From Candidatus Woesearchaeota archaeon (GTDB lineage Archaea; Nanobdellota; Nanobdellia; SCGC-AAA011-G17; CAYFGV01), in NCBI GenBank assembly GCA_964452525.1, contig CAYVLZ010000004.1:32543-96542 (forward strand): a DNA stretch of 64,000 bases. The letters are read 5' to 3'. Below the pieces are notes generated by a model. The model searched no databases and had not been told where the DNA came from. It worked only from the letters and a program-made list of their open reading frames with translations. Shown in pieces: positions 59,072 through 64,000 of the stretch (the stretch's first letter is position 1; the number at the start of each line of letters is the position of its first letter). Both the position numbers and the translations under genes were made by a program.

Positions 59072-59620
59072 ATGAAAGATATGAATGAAAAAATTATGGA
59101 TACTATAAGTAAATCTGAACATGGTATATCTTCTGGAGACATAGCTAAGAAATTAAACATAGACAGGCATACAGTATCTAAATACCTAGAAGTAATGAAA
59201 ACGATGGGTTTGATTAATTTCAGAAAAGCTGGAATGACAAAGTTGTGGTATGTTAATGATTCCCCTTTGCTTTCTACATTAAAAGATGAGAATCATATTG
59301 GTAAGAATATTAGAAACTTGCTTAATTCACTTGGTGGAATGGTAAATGTTTTGGATAAAGATAAAAAAATAGTATTCAGAAGCAAGAATAATTTTATGAA
59401 ATGCAGTAAGGTACATAAGAAAGGAGAGAAGTGCTGTAAAGAATGTTCTGTAGATAAAACTTTTAAGACTGGAAAAAGAGGACAGGGTGTTGGTTTAGCT
59501 AAAGATCAAGATGGCAATAGAGCCTTATTTGAGGTGATTACAGTACCAATTAAAGATCATAAGAATGAGACAGTGGCTGTAATGGAATTTGTTAAGTCTC
59601 TAAAGGAAATTAAAAGATGA
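59072..59620 (+). CDS. HTH plus PAS-like regulator with Cys cluster
   Basis: IDRHTVSKYL HTH; C-x8-CCKEC; VPIKD PAS tail. Confidence 0.78.
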   Translation: MKDMNEKIMDTISKSEHGISSGDIAKKLNIDRHTVSKYLEVMKTMGLINFRKAGMTKLWYVNDSPLLSTLKDENHIGKNIRNLLNSLGGMVNVLDKDKKIVFRSKNNFMKCSKVHKKGEKCCKECSVDKTFKTGKRGQGVGLAKDQDGNRALFEVITVPIKDHKNETVAVMEFVKSLKEIKR

Positions 59621-60780
59621 AAAAAATATACTTAGATCATAGTGCAACAACTTACGTAGATGCAAGAGCAAAAAAAGAGATGGATAAATATTTTTCAGAA
59701 GAATTTGGTAATCCTAGCAGTTTTAATGATATGGGATTAGAAGCAAGAGATGTGGTAGAAAATGCAAGAAACAAGGTTGCTAGGATTTTAAATGCTAAAT
59801 CTAAAGAGATAATATTTACTGGAAGCGGAACAGAGAGTATTAATCTTGCAATTAAAGGGGTAGCAAGAGCCAATAAAAATAAAGGAAAACATATTATAAC
59901 AAGTAAGATTGAGCATCATGCTGTCTTAGATAGTTGTGATTATTTAGAAAAGAAAGAAGGGTTTAAGATTACTTATCTAGATGTTGATAAAGATGGTTTA
60001 GTAAATTTAGAAGATTTAAAAAAAGCTATAAAGAAAGATACTATTTTAGTATCAATTATGTATGCCAATAATGAAATTGGAACTGTTCAAGATATTAAAG
60101 AAATAGGAGATGTTTGTAAGAGAAAAGGGGTTTACTTTCATACTGATGCTTGTCAAGCTGCTAATTATTTAAATCTAGATGTTAATCACTTAAATGTAGA
60201 TTTGTTAACTTTAAATGGAAGTAAAATATACGGGCCTAAGGGTACTGGAATTTTATATGTCAAAGAAGGTACTGTTTTGGATGCAATAATTCATGGTGGG
60301 GGGCAGGAATTTGGTTTAAGAAGCGGAACAGAAAATGTTCCTGGTATTGTGGGTTTTGCAAAAGCATTAGACATAGCAGAAGAAGAAAAGAATAAAGAAG
60401 TTGAAAGGTTGACTATGTTGAGGGATGGTTTTATTAAAAAGACATTAAAAATTTCTAAGAGTCTTTTAAATGGGCATGCAAGTAAAAGACTGCCTAATAA
60501 TATTAATATATCATTTTTAGATATTGAAGGGGAGGCATTATTACTTTATTTAAATGAAAAGGGAGTTTATGCTTCTACAGGATCTGCTTGTACTTCAAAT
60601 AGTTTAGAACCCAGTCATGTTATATTGGCAATTGGCTTGCCTTATGAAGCAGCTCATGGAAGTTTAAGAATTACTCTTGGAAGAAAGACTGGTAAGGAAG
60701 ATCTAGATTATGTTGCTGAGATATTACCAGAAATAGTTGAGAAATTAAGACAAATATCTCCTGTTAGAGTTGAAATATGA
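59617..60780 (+). CDS. iscS: Cysteine desulfurase
   Basis: YLDHSATT, HTDACQ, KIYGPKG, STGSAC. Confidence 0.96.
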   Translation: MKKIYLDHSATTYVDARAKKEMDKYFSEEFGNPSSFNDMGLEARDVVENARNKVARILNAKSKEIIFTGSGTESINLAIKGVARANKNKGKHIITSKIEHHAVLDSCDYLEKKEGFKITYLDVDKDGLVNLEDLKKAIKKDTILVSIMYANNEIGTVQDIKEIGDVCKRKGVYFHTDACQAANYLNLDVNHLNVDLLTLNGSKIYGPKGTGILYVKEGTVLDAIIHGGGQEFGLRSGTENVPGIVGFAKALDIAEEEKNKEVERLTMLRDGFIKKTLKISKSLLNGHASKRLPNNINISFLDIEGEALLLYLNEKGVYASTGSACTSNSLEPSHVILAIGLPYEAAHGSLRITLGRKTGKEDLDYVAEILPEIVEKLRQISPVRVEI

Positions 60781-61430
60781 AAAGATATGATATTAAGTCG
60801 GAGAGGGGAAGAGGGTGGTTTTATTCTGATGTTGTTAAAGACCATTTCTTTAAACCTAGAAATTTATTGTTAAGTAAAGACGCTAAAAAGTATAAGGCAG
60901 ACGGTGTTGGTACTGTTGGGAGTCCTGCGTGCGGAGATGTAATGAAGATGTGGATTAAAGTTGATAGGGAAAATGATAAGATTGAAGAATGTAAATGGGA
61001 AACTTTTGGATGTGCCTCGGCTTTGGCTTCTACATCTGTGTTAAGTGAAATGGTTACTGAAAAGGATGGAATGAAATTAGATAAAGCATTAAAATTAACT
61101 CCAAACGATATATTAAAAAGACTTGGAGGACTACCTGAGAGAAAGGTTCATTGTTCTGTTCTAGGTGATAAGGCTTTAAGAGCTGCAATAAATGATTATT
61201 TTAGAAAAAGTAAGCAATATAATAGAATTAAAGTACAAGGTGTAAAGGTTGTAGACAAATATCTAAAGGTAACTGATCAGGATATAGAAGATGCAGTTGT
61301 AGAAGGAGCTAAGACTTTTGAGGAAGTTCAAAGAAAAACTAAAGTTGGAATATATGATAAGAACTGTATGCCTGAGGTGAAAAGATTAATTAAAAAATAT
61401 AGAGATAAACATTTTGGAACTGTAAAATAG
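60777..61430 (+). CDS. iscU: NifU/IscU scaffold with degenerate BFD-like domain
   Basis: GSPACGD, FGCASA, KVHCSVL. Confidence 0.9.
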   Translation: MKRYDIKSERGRGWFYSDVVKDHFFKPRNLLLSKDAKKYKADGVGTVGSPACGDVMKMWIKVDRENDKIEECKWETFGCASALASTSVLSEMVTEKDGMKLDKALKLTPNDILKRLGGLPERKVHCSVLGDKALRAAINDYFRKSKQYNRIKVQGVKVVDKYLKVTDQDIEDAVVEGAKTFEEVQRKTKVGIYDKNCMPEVKRLIKKYRDKHFGTVK

Positions 61431-61433
61431 TTT

Positions 61434-62542
61434 TTATAAATATTTTAGATATCTATTTATCTCAGTACTAGAAAATTGATCAGGAAACTTTTCTTCTATT
61501 TGTTTTGTTAAATCTATTCTAAACTTATAAGTATTGGCATGCTTCATATAAGCAAAGGTTCCTTGTGCGCTATCGTAGATTTTATCATAAGTGATCCTAT
61601 TCTCTGAATGCAAGAAATAAAACTTTTTTAATCTGTTTTGAATATTCTTTCTATTGAATTTCTTTAATAACTTATAATGATAAAATACCCTAAAACCAAC
61701 AAAGTTAATTGGTTTATTCAATGGGATTATCTTAGATTTATCTGGATGTAGTTTTATCTTCAGCTCTTTTATCAAGAATTGATTGATTTCTTCTTTCCAT
61801 ATCTGTAGTTGTTCTTTAGAGTGATGAAGGATTACAAAATCATCTACATATCTTATATAATATTTAGCCTTCAATTTATGTTTCACAAATTTATCTAATT
61901 CATTTAAGTAGATATTAGCAAAGAACTGGGATGTTAAATTTCCTAGAGGCATTCCTTTTTTATTACTATCTTCATTTAGGCGGTTGTGCAAAATTTTTTT
62001 TACCAACCATATAGTTTTATTGCACTTTATTTTCTTTTTTATGGCTTTTATTAAAATCACATGATTAATTTCCTCAAAATAATGTTTTATATCAGCTTTT
62101 AATACATAACCTTTAACTTGATTATTATTAAACCAACCATTAATTTTGCCATTTCTGCTTACTTTTTTTTAAATTGATCAAACCTTTGTAAGGCAGATAA
62201 GGTTCCTTTACCTTTCCTGTTTGCATAAGAGTCATGGATAAAAGACTTTTCAAGAATAGGTTCTATTGTGTTGCATAATGCATGATGTACAATTCTGTCT
62301 TTGAAATCGGATTTGCTTATTTTCCTTGTTTTAGGATCTCTGATGATAAATGTTTCTAGCGGTTTTGGTTTGTAAGAATGTAATAGTAGTTCTGTTCTTA
62401 GTTTTGAAATATTATCTTCTAAATCCCTTTCAAATTCTTTTACATAATTTTTCTTTGTTTTTCCTTTTCTTGCTTTTTTATAAGCTAAATACAGATTTTC
62501 CTCTGAGCATATTCTAAGATATAGATAATTATAAGTTTTCAT
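61434..62542 (-). CDS. DGR reverse transcriptase, split by a -1 frameshift at 62162-62170
   Basis: KDRIVHHAL and HDSYANRKGKG; -1 frame continues VSRNG..GYVLKADIKHYF, GMPLGNLTSQ, YIRYVDDF. Confidence 0.93.
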
Positions 62543-62565
62543 AGGAATTCCTGGAAAAGGATAGG

Positions 62566-62652
62566 CTATTCGACCATTCGAGTTAGAGTTATCCAAGTTG
62601 TTCCAGTTGGAGTTGAGATTCAAGTTCCTGTTGAGGTTCAGCCTAGAAAGGC
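62566..62652 (-). ncRNA. DGR template repeat (TR)
   Basis: 87 nt, 28 adenines, 11 AAY codons, immediately upstream of the RT ATG. Confidence 0.95.
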
Positions 62653-62804
62653 TTTTTCGTAGCTTGTTAATTGAAAGTAAATCACCACCACTTCATCTTT
62701 CTCATAAAGATACTAAATGTTGTAGTTGAATTTTATTATTAACAAACTTGTAGCCTAGCCTTTTGGGCCAGGATAAAAAATAAAGAGATAATAGTTTTTA
62801 TACT

Positions 62805-63599
62805 TTACTGCTCTTTTTTAGGCGCAGTGGCTTCGCCACTTAAAACAACTACCCGACCATCCGAGTCAGAGTTACCCAAGTCGTTCCAGCCGGAGCCGAG
62901 ATCCAAGCCCCTGCCGAGGTCCAGCCTAGAAAGGCCAGAATCTCTTGTATAGAAAGTTCTTGAACCTTTGTTCTTATCTAGATTTGTTGGCAAACCCATT
63001 TCATCAACGTTATTGAATCTGTAACCATTCCATTTATTATTTAATCTATCGTCATGATGTACTGTAAAATTATCACTAGGAACAACTAATAAACCATAAC
63101 CTTCTTTTGATTCATCTAATTTTAAATCAAAACCGTATATTAAAGCTGGTTCTCTTTCTAATCTTGATAAATCCACACCTTCTTGTTCTGCTAAGAATCT
63201 AGCTAAAGGATCATTTTTTGAATTATAAGAATCTGTAGTGCCTCTTAGAACTAAAGCTTGAGAATCAATATAATATTTTCCTCTTACCATTTCAAGAACT
63301 TCTGGATTGCTTAAATCAGCTGGCAAGGGAGTTCTAGGATTGCCTTGAACATTTCCCTGTCTTAATAATTGATTTATTAAAACAGCATCAAAGAAATTTG
63401 ATCCAGTAACAACGCCATCTTGCAATTGTAATCTTAAATTAGGATTTCCATTATAAGTAGAATCTCTTCCTTGTTGGTATGCGTCATAAATTGATTGTCC
63501 AAACCTTCCATTTAAAAAAGAGGGAGATTTAACTAAATTATCTGGAACATTTTCTGTAACTACAAAATCTGATAAATCTCTTGATATTTTAATAGCCAT
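62805..63599 (-). CDS. DGR target protein 1 (probable C-type-lectin-like fold)
   Basis: C-terminal VR ending GRVV; the fold is inferred from known DGR targets. Confidence 0.9.
   Translation of the reverse strand: MAIKISRDLSDFVVTENVPDNLVKSPSFLNGRFGQSIYDAYQQGRDSTYNGNPNLRLQLQDGVVTGSNFFDAVLINQLLRQGNVQGNPRTPLPADLSNPEVLEMVRGKYYIDSQALVLRGTTDSYNSKNDPLARFLAEQEGVDLSRLEREPALIYGFDLKLDESKEGYGLLVVPSDNFTVHHDDRLNNKWNGYRFNNVDEMGLPTNLDKNKGSRTFYTRDSGLSRLDLGRGLDLGSGWNDLGNSDSDGRVVVLSGEATAPKKEQ
62826..62840 (-). other. DGR homing hairpin AGTGGC-GAA-GCCACT
   Basis: 6-bp stem with GAA triloop 8 nt downstream of VR1. Confidence 0.8.
62849..62935 (-). repeat. Variable repeat VR1
   Basis: 16 mismatches to TR, all A-to-G. 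Confidence 0.96.
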
Positions 63600-63601
63600 T
63601 T

Positions 63602-64000
63602 TTATTTATCTCCTAGCATTATATCTCTTGCAGCTTTTAATGCTTTTTGTTTTTTCGAGTTTAATTCTTCAAATTCTGTATTATACATTAATTCAATTTC
63701 GTGTTCTAAATTGTCACCAGCGGTTGCGCTGCGAACAGCAACTACCCGACCACTCGAGTTAGAGCCATCCAAGTCGTCCCAGCCGGAGTAGAGATCCAAG
63801 CCCCCGTTGAGGTCCAGCCTAGAAAGGCCAGAATCTCTTGTATAGAAAGTTCTTGAACCATTAGTGTCAAATATAGGCAATCCATTTTCATCAGTATCAG
63901 AAAATCTTTTGCCATTATTTCTATTATCTAATTTCACCGAGTAAATTAATTCGGCATCTTCTTTTAACTTAAATGATAAGCCATGCGGGCTTTCTTGATC
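63602..64000 (-). CDS. DGR target protein 2 (5' end beyond window)
   Basis: Frame is open to 64000; paralog of target 1 (RTFYTRDSGLSRL). Confidence 0.9.
   Translation of the reverse strand, partial: DQESPHGLSFKLKEDAELIYSVKLDNRNNGKRFSDTDENGLPIFDTNGSRTFYTRDSGLSRLDLNGGLDLYSGWDDLDGSNSSGRVVAVRSATAGDNLEHEIELMYNTEFEELNSKKQKALKAARDIMLGDK
63742..63828 (-). repeat. Variable repeat VR2
   Basis: 15 mismatches to TR: 14 A-to-G and 1 A-to-T. Confidence 0.96.

Larger units (their letters stand above)
61434..64000 (-). mobile_element. Diversity-generating retroelement (RT, TR, at least two targets)
   Basis: Three 87-nt repeats that differ only at TR adenines, adjacent to a DGR-type RT. Confidence 0.96.

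Noticed and set aside
61434-62542. Group II intron or retron RT
   Set aside because: The GNLTSQ motif, the lack of a maturase/endonuclease domain and the adenine-specific TR/VR pairs indicate a DGR.
62543-62623. Asn-rich N-terminal extension of RT given in the ORF track
   Set aside because: It is the translated TR from a TTG; the RT-like sequence begins at ATG 62542.

Overview
AT-rich, very compact archaeal DNA, most consistent with a DPANN lineage (Woesearchaeota/Pacearchaeota-like), judged from gatDE, TFE, rpl15e, the P0/P1 stalk proteins, carS, an archaeosortase and intron-containing tRNAs. The core is rich in translation genes (gatD/E, aspS, asnS, alaX, proS, alaS, leuS, three tRNAs) and also holds ftsZ, tldD/E, iscS/iscU and a copper island. 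Main finding: a diversity-generating retroelement (DGR) at the right end, with a reverse transcriptase (RT), an 87-nt template repeat (TR) and two target genes. 30 of its 31 TR-to-VR (variable repeat) differences are A-to-G, and its RT is split by a -1 frameshift at A-AAA-AAG-stop. Other notable items: a 2.6-kb single-transposase element carrying a methyltransferase, with terminal inverted repeats and a 9-bp target duplication; a free-standing LAGLIDADG gene that appears to have replaced the 3' end of leuS; an intein in DNA ligase motif I; non-canonical and double tRNA introns; and a repeated GCCC stem-loop region between ftsZ and gatD. All calls come from reading the sequence and recalling motifs; no searches were run. 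Several frameshifts fall in A-runs and could be assembly errors.
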